Positions 54,334-64,000 of a stretch of 64,000 bases of DNA are shown in pieces. The stretch is from Methanotrichaceae archaeon. Lineage in GTDB: Archaea > Halobacteriota > Methanosarcinia > Methanotrichales > Methanotrichaceae. The notes under the pieces were generated by a model that searched no databases, was not told where the DNA came from, and saw only the letters and a list, made by a program, of their open reading frames with translations. A program made the position numbers and the translations under genes. Position 1 is the stretch's first letter, and every line of letters starts with the position of its first letter. The DNA is taken from contig CAWEXU010000030.1 of assembly GCA_963813075.1 (NCBI GenBank), forward strand, positions 424,755 to 488,754, read 5' to 3'.

Positions 54334-55072
54334 TCAATCCCGGTCCAGGCCCTCCTGGTCATGACCGATCCTCCAGCGAATCCTCTTTATGATCCCCAGA
54401 AGCGCGCGGGCTTCCCTCTCCGTCAGCTCCGCCCGGCCGAAGATGCGCCTGAGCATCAGTTGGGTATAGTCCACCTTATGCTCGGGATATGCGATCTCTC
54501 CGGAGAAGATCTCCTTCCCTCTCCTGCAGCAGATTAAGGCTCACTTTGCTGGCCATCTGCACAGTGGCCGGGCTATTGCTTCCGTTACGGGAGAGCTCAT
54601 AGAACAGCACCGCTGCAGAGTGGGAGAGGTTCATCACCGGGTAGTTCTCTGAGGTGGGAATGGAAACGATCATATCGCACCGGGAGAGCTCATTGCTGTT
54701 CAGGCCGCAGTCCTCTCTTCCCAGGAGCAGGGCTACCGTCCCCTCCTTATCCTGGAGCTTTGCCCCAAGCTCCGCTGGCGTCAGGCAGGGCACCCGCAGG
54801 TGCAGACGCAGGTGGTGCTGCTCATGCTCCAGCCTCTTGCCGGTGGTGCCCACCACCAGGTTCGCCCCTTCCAGGGCCTCGTCAAGGGTTGAGAAGCTGC
54901 GAGACATCTGCAGAACGTCCCGAGCATGGGAGGCCATGGCACAGCCATAGTCCTCGATCCTGCAGGGGTTGACCAGGGCCAGGTCATGAAAGCCGAAGTT
55001 CTTCATCGCCCGCGCTACCGAGCCCACGTTGCCCTCGTAGAGGGGCTCGACCAAAACCACCCTCAGATTCAT
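54334..55072 (-). CDS. trmJ: TrmJ-family SPOUT tRNA methyltransferase; indel near 54500
   Basis: LVEP.YEGNVGSVARAMKNFG; GREDCGL; YPVMNLSHS. Confidence 0.88.
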
Positions 55073-55077
55073 TGGAG

Positions 55078-56502
55078 CTATCCCTTGGAGACTCCCAGGG
55101 GAACCAGCTTGGCCACCCTGGTGGCTATGCCCAGGTTGTGCACCACGTCCACCACATCGCCTGAGGGCTTGTAGACCTGGGGAGCCTCCTCGGCCAGCAT
55201 TCCAGGGGAGGTGGACCGGACGGCGATTCCGTCCCGGCTCAGTGCGGCCTTCACCTCTTTGCCTGTGAACTGCCTCAGGGCCTGGCTTCGGCTCATCACC
55301 CGACCTGAGCCGTGGCAGGCGGAGCCGAAGGTCAGTTCCAGCGCTCTATCCTGGCCGCACAGGACGTATGAGGGCGTTCCCATGCTCCCTGGTATCAGCA
55401 CCGGCTGGCCCAGGCCTTCATAGGATGCGGGGATCTCCGATCTGGAGGGGCCGAAGGCGCGGGTGGCTCCTTTGCGGTGCACATAGAGCCTCTCCTTCTT
55501 GCCCTCCACCCGGTGCTCCTCGATCTTGGCCACGTTGTGGGCCACATCGTAGAGCAGCTGTAGCTGGGAGCCGGGGAAGTAGCGGTCGAAGACCTCTCTG
55601 GTCCAGTGGGCGATGATATGGCGGTTGGCCCAGGCATAGTTGGCGGCGCAGACCATGGCCCCGAAGTAGTGCTCCGCCTCGGGAGTGCCAAGAGGAGCGC
55701 AGGCCAGCTGTTTATCAGGGATGTCGATGTTATACTTTTTCACCGCTTTGGAGAGGACGTCCAGGTGATCGGTGCAGATCTGGTGGCCCGCCCCCCGTGA
55801 GCCGCAGTGGATCATCACAGTGATCTGGCCCTTGAAAAGGCCGAACCTTTTGGCCACCTCTGGGTCGTAGATCTCCTCGACCCTCTGAATCTCCAGGAAG
55901 TGGTTGCCGCTGCCCAGGGTCCCCAGCTGCGGCCGGCCCCGTTTCCTCGCTTTGATCCCCACCTGGGTGGGGTCTGCTCCGGGCATGGAGCCGTTCTCCT
56001 CGCAGTGGTCCAGGTCCGCCTCCACTCCATAGCCCTCATCCACCGCCCACGCTGCTCCCCGGAGGAAGGACTCGGTCAGCTGCTGGTCTGTGGCATGCAG
56101 CCTCCCTGTAGATCCCAGGCCCGAGGGCACCGCCTGAAAGAGGCCGTCAAGGAGGGTGTTGATGAGCGGCTGCACTGCATCCGCTTCCAGGTCGGAACGG
56201 AGGAGGCGGACCCCGCAGTTGATGTCAAAGCCCACCCCGCCCGGGCTGATGATCCCTCCTTGTTCCCGGAAGGCAGCCACCCCGCCGATGGGAAAGCCGT
56301 AGCCCAGGTGGGCATCGGGCATGGCCATGGAGTGGCCCACGATTCCGGGAAGGGTGGCGACATTGGCCACCTGGTCGATCGTCCCCGGCTCGACCATATC
56401 CCGCAGGATGGAGGAGACGAATATCCTGCCCGGAACCCGCATCCCCGGCCGGTAGCCGATGGGCACCTCGTAGATGTTATCATCGATCTTCTCAATTTCC
56501 AT
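55078..56502 (-). CDS. rtcB: tRNA-splicing ligase RtcB
   Basis: MPDAH.GYGFPIG, DINCG, GSGNHF, HCGSRG, HRKGAT, CHGSGR, EEAP..YK. Confidence 0.97.
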   Translation of the reverse strand: MEIEKIDDNIYEVPIGYRPGMRVPGRIFVSSILRDMVEPGTIDQVANVATLPGIVGHSMAMPDAHLGYGFPIGGVAAFREQGGIISPGGVGFDINCGVRLLRSDLEADAVQPLINTLLDGLFQAVPSGLGSTGRLHATDQQLTESFLRGAAWAVDEGYGVEADLDHCEENGSMPGADPTQVGIKARKRGRPQLGTLGSGNHFLEIQRVEEIYDPEVAKRFGLFKGQITVMIHCGSRGAGHQICTDHLDVLSKAVKKYNIDIPDKQLACAPLGTPEAEHYFGAMVCAANYAWANRHIIAHWTREVFDRYFPGSQLQLLYDVAHNVAKIEEHRVEGKKERLYVHRKGATRAFGPSRSEIPASYEGLGQPVLIPGSMGTPSYVLCGQDRALELTFGSACHGSGRVMSRSQALRQFTGKEVKAALSRDGIAVRSTSPGMLAEEAPQVYKPSGDVVDVVHNLGIATRVAKLVPLGVSKG

Positions 56503-56537
56503 ATTTTACACGTCCACAATCATCACACATAGAACCT

Positions 56538-56969
56538 TCAGACATCAAGCACCACCTGAATGCACCAGCGCTCGTTCTTCTCGATGGCGAACTTATGCTT
56601 GGTGACCGCTTTCACCTCGGCCAGGAACGAGTGCCTCTCCGGGTCCATCCTCTCCCCGCCGATCTCCGCCCGCAGCTTCCATCCCCTACCTTCTTCGAGC
56701 TCTTCCAGGGCCACCTGGAAGCGGGAGAAGACCGCAGACTCGGTCTCGAAGAGAAAAACGATCTCAGAGAGCCACTGGTAGGCCAGGTCCTCCAGATCAT
56801 CCGCCTCAAGCTCCACCAGCCAGAACTCCTTTTCCGTCACCTGGCCGGGAGGGATCATGGCGCCAAATAGGGCGGCGGCGGCATTGGAGAGCATCTGGTC
56901 AGGAGTCGTGCCATAGGCGCGGAACTTGACATCTGCGGTATGCTCCAGATACTCGAATGGAATCATCAT
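56538..56969 (-). CDS. archease
   Basis: EYLEHTAD; EVKAVT.H; VLDV. Confidence 0.95.
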   Translation of the reverse strand: MMIPFEYLEHTADVKFRAYGTTPDQMLSNAAAALFGAMIPPGQVTEKEFWLVELEADDLEDLAYQWLSEIVFLFETESAVFSRFQVALEELEEGRGWKLRAEIGGERMDPERHSFLAEVKAVTKHKFAIEKNERWCIQVVLDV

Positions 56970-56992
56970 ATATTAGTGGGAGCCGCAAGGCA

Positions 56993-57895
56993 TTAAAGCA
57001 TTGCCAGCCCGCGGACCAGGCCGGCGGCAGCGGCCAGCTGCAGAGCCTGGGCATACTCGCGGGCGGTTATGGAGCGGGAAAGCTCGGGGTAGCGGCAGGC
57101 CTGGTACTCCGGATGGTACTGGGCCATGACATTCAGGTAGGTGTGCACGGATATCTCCTGGGAGATGAAGCGCACCACCTCCTCCGTCCCGGCGGCGCCC
57201 GCGGGCAGGACCAGGTGGCGGACGAGGAGCCCATGCAGGGCGATGCCCTCCCCGTCCATTTGCAGGTCGCCCACCTGGCGGTGCATCTCTTTCAGTGCCG
57301 CTTTATTGACGGCGGTGTAGCCGGGCGCGGCAGAGTACTTGAGGGCCGGGCCGTCCTGGCCGTACTTGGCATCGGGCATGTAGATATCGATGATGCCATC
57401 CAGAAGGCGGAGGGTCTCCACAGAATCGTAGCCGCCGCTGTTGTAGACCAGAGGGACGGAGAGGCCCCCCTTCGGGCCAGGACCAGAGCCTCCAGGATCT
57501 GGGGGACGACGTGGGTGGGGGTGACGAAATTGATGTTATGGCAGCCACTATCCTGCAGGGCCAGCATCATCTCTGGCCAGCTCCTCTGGGCTCACCTCCT
57601 GGCCTTGGTCCTCTGGCTGATGTCCCAGTTCTGGCAGAAGACGCAGGAGAGGTTGCAGCCGGAGAAGAAGATGGTGCCGGAGCCCGCGCGACCCACCAGA
57701 GGCGGCTCCTCGCCGAAGTGAGGAGTGAAGCTGGCCACCTTTGCCCGCCGCCCAGTGCGGCAATAGCCCTGCTCGTCGTTCAGCCGGTCCACCTGGCAGC
57801 GGCGGGGGCAGAGCTGGCAGGACTCGAGAAGGGCTAAGAGCAGAGCTGGCGCGCTCTTTTAGGGTTTCCAGGGGCATCTTGTTATAGGCGGCCAT
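56993..57895 (-). CDS. radical SAM protein, PflX/COG1313-like; several indels
   Basis: CQLCPRRC, HFGEEPPL, CNLSCVFCQN, NINFVTPTH, DIYMPD.KY, VRHLVLP. Confidence 0.88.
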
Positions 57896-58141
57896 ATGGA
57901 GCACGACTATATTTTTGCAGGCCGATCTGTGATGAGCCTTTCGGCGGCGAGCGTCCTTTTTAGAGCAGATTCCTTTCCCGGATCGAAAACTATATATCTC
58001 GGCAATTGTCTATATAGTCAAAGGCGAAAGTCGATAGAGTTTTTCTCCCTCCTTTACCCCTTTCGGCTTTCCCCCCTCCTATTCACCTTTGCCAGGCCGG
58101 ACAGATCTTATATTTTTAATTTCTTGTCATTTAAATCGATA

Positions 58142-60790
58142 TCATGATTCGCTGTATCCCAGTTCTCGTGCTTTCTTATAGGCCGCTTCTGCTTCGGAAT
58201 TGCGATGCAGCATCCTCAGGGCATTGGCCTTATTGTACCAGGCATATCCATCTTCAGGATCGACCTTGATGGCTGCGTCATAGTATTTAATGGCAGCAAG
58301 ATATCTCACCTGCATCATAGTGGGAATTGCCCCTTAGTAACTTGTTTTCAGAATAATCCTCATTCAACTCAGCAGCCCTGTTATAGCTCTTGATAGCCTC
58401 GTCATATCTTCCCAGCCCGTCAAGAGCATCGCCCTTGTTGTCCCATGCCAGAGCAAATTCAGGATCGAGACGGATTGCTTCGTCATAAGCTTTGATGGCT
58501 TCGTCGTATTTATCCTGATTGTAGAGAGCCCAGCCTTTGTTATTCCAGGCACTGGCATATTTAGGATCAAGCCGGATTGCCTCGTCATAAGCCTGGAGGG
58601 CTTCGTCGTATCTGCCCTGATCACCTAGGGCAATGCCTTTGTTGTTCCATGCCATAGCAAATTCAGGATCTAGACGGATTGCCTCGTCATAAGCCTGGAG
58701 GGCTTCGTCGTATCTGCCCTGATCATCTAGAGCATTGCCTTTGCTGTTCCATGCCCAAGCAAATTCAGGATCCAGCCGGATTGCCTCATCATAAGCCGTG
58801 ATGGCTTCGTCATATCTGCCAAGATTTCCTAGAGCAATGCCTTTGAGGTACCGTGTCAGAGCAAATTCAGGATCTAGACGGATTGCCCCGTCATAAGCCC
58901 GGATGGCTTCATCGTACTTGCCAAGATCACCTAGAGCATTGCCTTTGCTGTTCCATGCCCAGGCAAATTCAGGATCCAGCCGGATTGCCACGTCATAAGC
59001 CTGGATGGCTTCATCGTATTTGCCCTGATAGTAGAGAGCCAAGCCTTTGTTGTTCCATGCCATAGCAAATTCGGGATCTAGCCGGATTGCCTCGTCATAT
59101 GCCTCGATGGCTTCGTCGTACTTATCAAGATCAGCTAGAGCAGCGCCTTTACCGTTCCATGCCCATGCAAATTCAGGATCCAGCCGGATTGCCTCATCAT
59201 AAGCCTTTATAGCTTCATCGTACTTGCCAAGACCACCCAAAGCACTGCCTTTGTTGTTCCATGTCATAGCAAATTCGGGATCTAGCCGGATTGCCTCGTC
59301 ATATGCCTCGATGGCTTCGTCGTTCTTGCCTAGGTTATAGAGAGCATTTCCTTATTTTTCCATGCCAGAGCATCTTCAGGATCCAGCCGGATCGCCTCAT
59401 CATAAGCCTTAATAGCTTCATCGTACTTGCCAAAACCACCTAGAGCATTGCCTTTGCTGTTCCAGGCATCTGCATCTTCGGGATCCAGGCGGATTGCCTC
59501 ATCAAAAGCCTTAATGGCATCGTCATACTTATTCAGGTTATAGAGAGCGTCACCTTTGCCGTTCCATGCATCGACATCTTCAGGATCCAGTCGGATTGCC
59601 TCGTCATAAGCCTGGATGGCTTCGTCGTACTTGCCAAGACTGGCTAGAGCGTTGCCTTTGTTGTACCATGCATAAGCATATTCGGAATCTAGCCTGATCG
59701 CCTCGTTAAAAGCCTTGATGGCTTCCTCATAATTGCCCAGATCACCGAGAGCAATGCCTTTGTTGTTCCATGCCCAAACAAATTCAGGGTCTAGCCTGAT
59801 AGCCTCGTCATAAGCCTCGATGGCTTCGTCGTACTTATCATGCTTATAGAGGGCGATGCCTTTGTTGTTCCATGCCGAAGCAAATTCAGGATCTAGACGG
59901 ATTGCCTCATCATATGCCTTGATGGCTTCGTCGTACTTATCCTGGTTATAGAAAGCAATGCCTTTGTTGTTCCATGCCGAAGCAAATTCAGGACTTAGCC
60001 GGATTGCCTCGTCGTAAGCCTTGATGGCTTCGTCATACTTGCCTAGAATACTCAGAGCAATGCCTTTGACGTACCATGCCCACGAATCTTCAGGATCTAG
60101 GCTGATCGCCTCGTCATAAGCCTTGATGGCATCGTCGTACTTGCCCTGATTAACCATAGCAATGCCTTTGACATGCCATGCCCAAGCAAATTCAGGATCC
60201 GGTCCGATCGACTCGTCAAATGCCTTGATTGCTTCTTCGTACCTGCTCAGGTCGCCTGTAGCATTGCCTTTGATGCCCCATGTTCTGGCATCATCAGGAT
60301 CCTGCCTGATCGCCTCGTCATAGGCTTTGATGGCCTCATCATACTCGCCTGTTTCAGCCAGGAAAACACCTTTTATAAACCAGATGGTGCTGTCTTCTGA
60401 ATCAAACGCTGTGATCATATCAATAGAATTGATTGCGTCATCGAATTTGCCCAATAAAGCAAGAGCCAAAGCTTTTGAAAGATAGGCTTCTGGATATGAT
60501 TGATTGAGTTCTATGGCTTTGTCATAAGCCTTGATGGACTCGTTATACTTACCAGCTTTGAGAAGCTCATTTCCTTTATTCCAATAATCCGGATCTGATT
60601 CGTTAGTTATTGTGATGTTCTCGGCGATTTTCGTATTGGCTGATGAATGCGGCATTCCAGCAACTGATTCATTAATCGCCGTGGAATTATCTGGAATAAT
60701 ATCATCAGCTGTGATGCCCTGAGATGATGCAATATTAAGCGAAATCAGTATCAATATCACTAATTTAAAGACAGCCTGTCTCTGGGTCAA
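58142..60790 (-). CDS. large secreted TPR-array protein (over 20 repeats); indels near 59350 and 58290-58350
   Basis: signal peptide; tandem 34-aa AW.NKG.AL..LGKYDEAI.AYDEAIRLDPE; ends ...ARELGYSES. Confidence 0.85.
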
Positions 60791-60978
60791 TCAATTCCTC
60801 CCTCTGAATCCTATTACTCACCTCACGAAAAGCTTTTGGGTCAGAGAATCTCTGTCGCTTGCACCAGAGACCTCATGCGAGAGCCTCTGAATGGCCGCTT
60901 TGCAGATCGCTTTCTCGCCTACATGCGGGAATGTATCTGAATCTACTCACAAACACACCGAGAAATATGATCTCGGCC

Positions 60979-61140
60979 TTAAAGCCTAATTCCGCGCCTG
61001 CAGCAATACTCTTCGAAGGTTATGCCTTGATCCTTGTTTTTAAGCAGACATTCGTATTCCTCGTCTACGTGGGCCGCCTCGCTGAGATCTCCGTTTTCTT
61101 GGCGCTCTCTTGTTTTGACGGCATCAATCTTCATGGCCAT
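60979..61140 (-). CDS. small antitoxin-like ORF or remnant
   Basis: acidic tail ...GITFEEY..RRGI resembles RelB-type antitoxin C-termini; no intact toxin found. Confidence 0.3.
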   Translation of the reverse strand: MAMKIDAVKTRERQENGDLSEAAHVDEEYECLLKNKDQGITFEEYCCRRGIRL

Positions 61141-61453
61141 CTCTAAATCTGAATCATTATATATTCTCATCGAAAATCGGAGTCGCCGGATTAAGAAATG
61201 CAGCACAGCAAATGCGTACCTCTGCTCAAGAACTCCATAATCTTCATGGAGCGCCTAATTAGAGGATATTCCTCATGAAGGACCAGGCTGTCGTGGAGGA
61301 AGCAGTTAGGACAAGGCGATCGGGAATTGCCTCACTTTATCCGTGGACAGCATCAAGATCCCTTACGGGTTGCCTTTTGGAACATTTAATGAGCTAACCT
61401 TTTTATGTACATTGGATTTGGTGCAATCACCATATCTACATCATCTGATAAAT

Positions 61454-62855
61454 TCACAAAACTGACCTTGAGGCGGTAACTGGGGACCGCTGACGCTTGA
61501 GATGAGCTCTATCTTTTATGTCTTTTCTAGTTCTTTTATCAGAGAAAAAAGCCTTGGATGGATCGAAATACTGTTCACTAAAACTATCGTAGAGGACATT
61601 ATCCCCCTCAAAAAAGACTGCTCCACAGCCTTCGTTTTTTGCTCTTGTTCCTCGCATACCACGTCAAAGGAAATACTCCTCATAGATAATGGAACATAGA
61701 AAAGATTCTTTAGATAAGGCTTTAAAGCCTGTTGAGCAAATAGAAATGAGTTCTTGAATACTTCAGATTCCTCAACTCTAAAAACAGCATCTACCATTTT
61801 GGATTTAGGGCTATTCCTGAAGCATCCTCTGGAATCAAAATAGATTTCAAACAAGATTCCGTTCATAACATGAAAGGACATGCTTTCGCTCAAGGATGAT
61901 AACCTATCACGCAGATTTTTTAGATAGGTCACTGCGCTTCTGATGAATTGCCGCACGCAGCCTGATAGATGTTCCGTCCAAGTACAAAGAGATCATCTTT
62001 TGTGAATGTGTTTAAGTTATTCTGGTTGATTTTTTTTATCGTCGGGTTTTGCTTATGCCAATCATGACTTTCTTAAGCCTCCTATGATTTCTCTTGCCTT
62101 ATCTCCTGATGTTGGTTGAAAGTCTGCGTCGGCTATAGCACTCTCTCCATATTCTGCTATCAATTCATCAGTTACAAAAGAATAGTTGAAATAGAAATCG
62201 CCCATCAGAGATGTGTGTTCCCAAGAGATTTGGCGGCCACGTGTAGAAGAGCTAAGTGTATTGCGAACCCGCTTGAAAAGGTCTTCTATTGTTATGTCTG
62301 TGTGTTGACACATGTCTTAGAAATGCATCTGTGTATGCACCATTATGCCTGACACCATCATATGCAACTTGGCCCGGAGAGGTGGCATATGCGATTATCA
62401 TTCCCTTAGGAGCATAAACAGGGGCTAGTCCTTGTGAATCGAGTTCCGCGCCACTTTCGCTCATACGGATTAGTTCGACATGCATCGAGAATAATAATAT
62501 CGGTTTTGTTTGACCCTTTCTCCATAGTCTCAATCACTTTGTCGAGCTGAAGGGAAGAGAATTTGGCATCAATTTCTTTTTCAAAATTAGTATCGATTGC
62601 TGTGAGATAATTTTTTCCATCTATCTGCATTCCATGGCCGGCAAAGAAGAACAAAGCAACGTCACAGGTCTCAAGCTTGGATGCAAATAATGCTAATGCC
62701 TCTTCCATCGCCTTGTTTGTCACATCGGTCTGCAGTTTGGTCTCAAATCCGAGGCGTGATAGCTTTTCAGATATGTCGCTCGCGTCGTTCACTGGATTAG
62801 TCAACTGGGACTCTGGATACGCAGCATTTCCTATGATGAGTGCGATCTTGTTCAT
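61454..62855 (-). pseudogene. caspase (peptidase C14) family protein with a C-terminal extension; multiple frameshifts
   Basis: ALIIGNAAY..L.NP.NDA, FFFAGHG (His), ILDACR (Cys), AYATSPG, in successive frames. Confidence 0.8.
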
Positions 62856-63171
62856 ATTATGTTGGCTCCAACGCTTTGTTATGAGATCTTTTGCTTTATA
62901 CTTGTCACAGTGCTTCGTTATTCTAGGATATAATGTTTCGCAAGGTTTTCGGCAAGATCTCCGTGGGTAATCTTTCTTATCTTTTCATACCTTCTCGGAT
63001 CCGTCATTTTTCACGTGATGAGTTGGAGTGAACCCCTCCGAGTGAACAACCAGTTAAGAAATGCCAACTTACAGAGGGGATCAGATGAAAAAAGACCGGA
63101 CTTCTCTACGACCAGGAAACGAGCCATAATTTCCAATGCCTGCCATATGATAATAGTAAGTGGGGATTTCA

Positions 63172-63848
63172 ATGATTAAACGTTATACAATAATCTTATC
63201 GATGATCCTGCTCATCATGAGCGCCACTTTTTCGGGTTACTGTCAACAATACGGCAGTACTGCTCGGTGTCACTGGACTGGTCGTCGATTCATATGGCAT
63301 AGGCATATCCGGGCAAGAGTGGATAATCGATGGCAACGGCCAGGCCAAAGAGGCTGCCAGCAATGCCACCGGCGGCTATAGCATGATCCTCGCACCCGGC
63401 AGCTACACCATAACCGCAGAGCTTTCCGGGTACAGCTTCACCTCTGCCACCGTGCAGGTGCAGACAAATGCCGTCTCCACCGCTCCCAGGATTGTCGGTT
63501 ACTGGGCGGGCGCTGCTCCCCAGGCCACCGTATCGCCTGCCATTGGACAGTATGATGGACCGCAGTATTATAGAGGAGCTACGGGATGGGTTCAGGGCAG
63601 AGTGGCGGATCAGACCGGCTCTGGCGTTCCCTTTGCCTCCCTGAACGTCGACGGCTGGAGGAGGGCATATGCCACAGACCAGCAGGGCAACTACCGTCTT
63701 CGAGCTCTCTCCGGGAATGCACGTAATCAATCCCTTCAAGTCCGGCTATGGAATTCCCCCCAGAGCAGCGTTCGTGGCCTCCGGGGAAACCACAAATCTG
63801 GATTTCATCGCCAAAGGGGTGGTAGCCCTGGGGAGAGGGAGAATGTGA
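63172..63848 (+). CDS. secreted carboxypeptidase-regulatory-like domain protein; indels
   Basis: signal peptide; LAPGSYTITAELSGY; VQGRVADQTG.GVPFA...TDQQGNY. Confidence 0.65.
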
Positions 63849-64000
63849 CTGAAAATCAGGGGCTTTGCCCCACACCATCTCCCTTTCTGTGTCGATCACT
63901 CCTCTCGCCTCAGCTATGATTCTGTGACCGTGAATCGAGTCGCCAGACATGGTCACCCTCATTTTACTGGCTTTATCTTGCCATCCTTTTCCAGGTCATC

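Noticed and set aside
59267..59360. Pyrrolysine or selenocysteine readthrough joining split ORFs
   Set aside because: The continuations I checked are in different frames, so they are indels rather than in-frame stops.
62856..62890. attC-like sequence (CATAACAAAGCGTTGGAGCC on the minus strand) before the caspase gene
   Set aside because: Only a partial resemblance; no full hairpin, no second site and no integron integrase.

Overview
This is an archaeal window, most consistent with the aceticlastic methanogen Methanothrix (Methanosaeta). That call is an inference from gene content (TFB, aIF5B, thermosome, L7Ae-S28e-L24e-ndk, Gar1, archease-RtcB) and from the many TPR, pentapeptide and acylphosphatase-coiled-coil genes. 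1-17.2 kb is mostly housekeeping: an ADP-forming acyl-CoA ligase, a PAC2-DUF473-DHPS-like operon, ribosomal and translation genes, Csp, thermosome, HemK, NOG1 and Gar1-TFB. About 17.2-39.7 kb is an accessory block ending at the 3' end of tRNA-Glu(CTC). It holds many secreted or surface proteins (pentapeptide-repeat/channel-like, Cys-rich Ig-repeat, SH3b-like repeat), detoxification-type genes, and a decaying defence patch. That patch has a collapsed type III-like R-M locus, a duplicated mod 5' end bracketing VapBC, a RelBE-like pair and a HicAB remnant. 39.8-57.9 kb returns to core and transport genes: EndoIII, tRNA-Val(TAC), an SSS symporter with a 31-aa CTG-start partner, IMPase/NAD kinase, ABC-2, U32, and TrmJ-RtcB-archease-radical SAM. 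The right end has a long TPR gene and a fragmented caspase-family gene. About 20 genes are split by single-base indels, probably sequencing error. No CRISPR array, integrase, transposase or reverse transcriptase was seen. I could not establish a complete novel system; the findings are leads.
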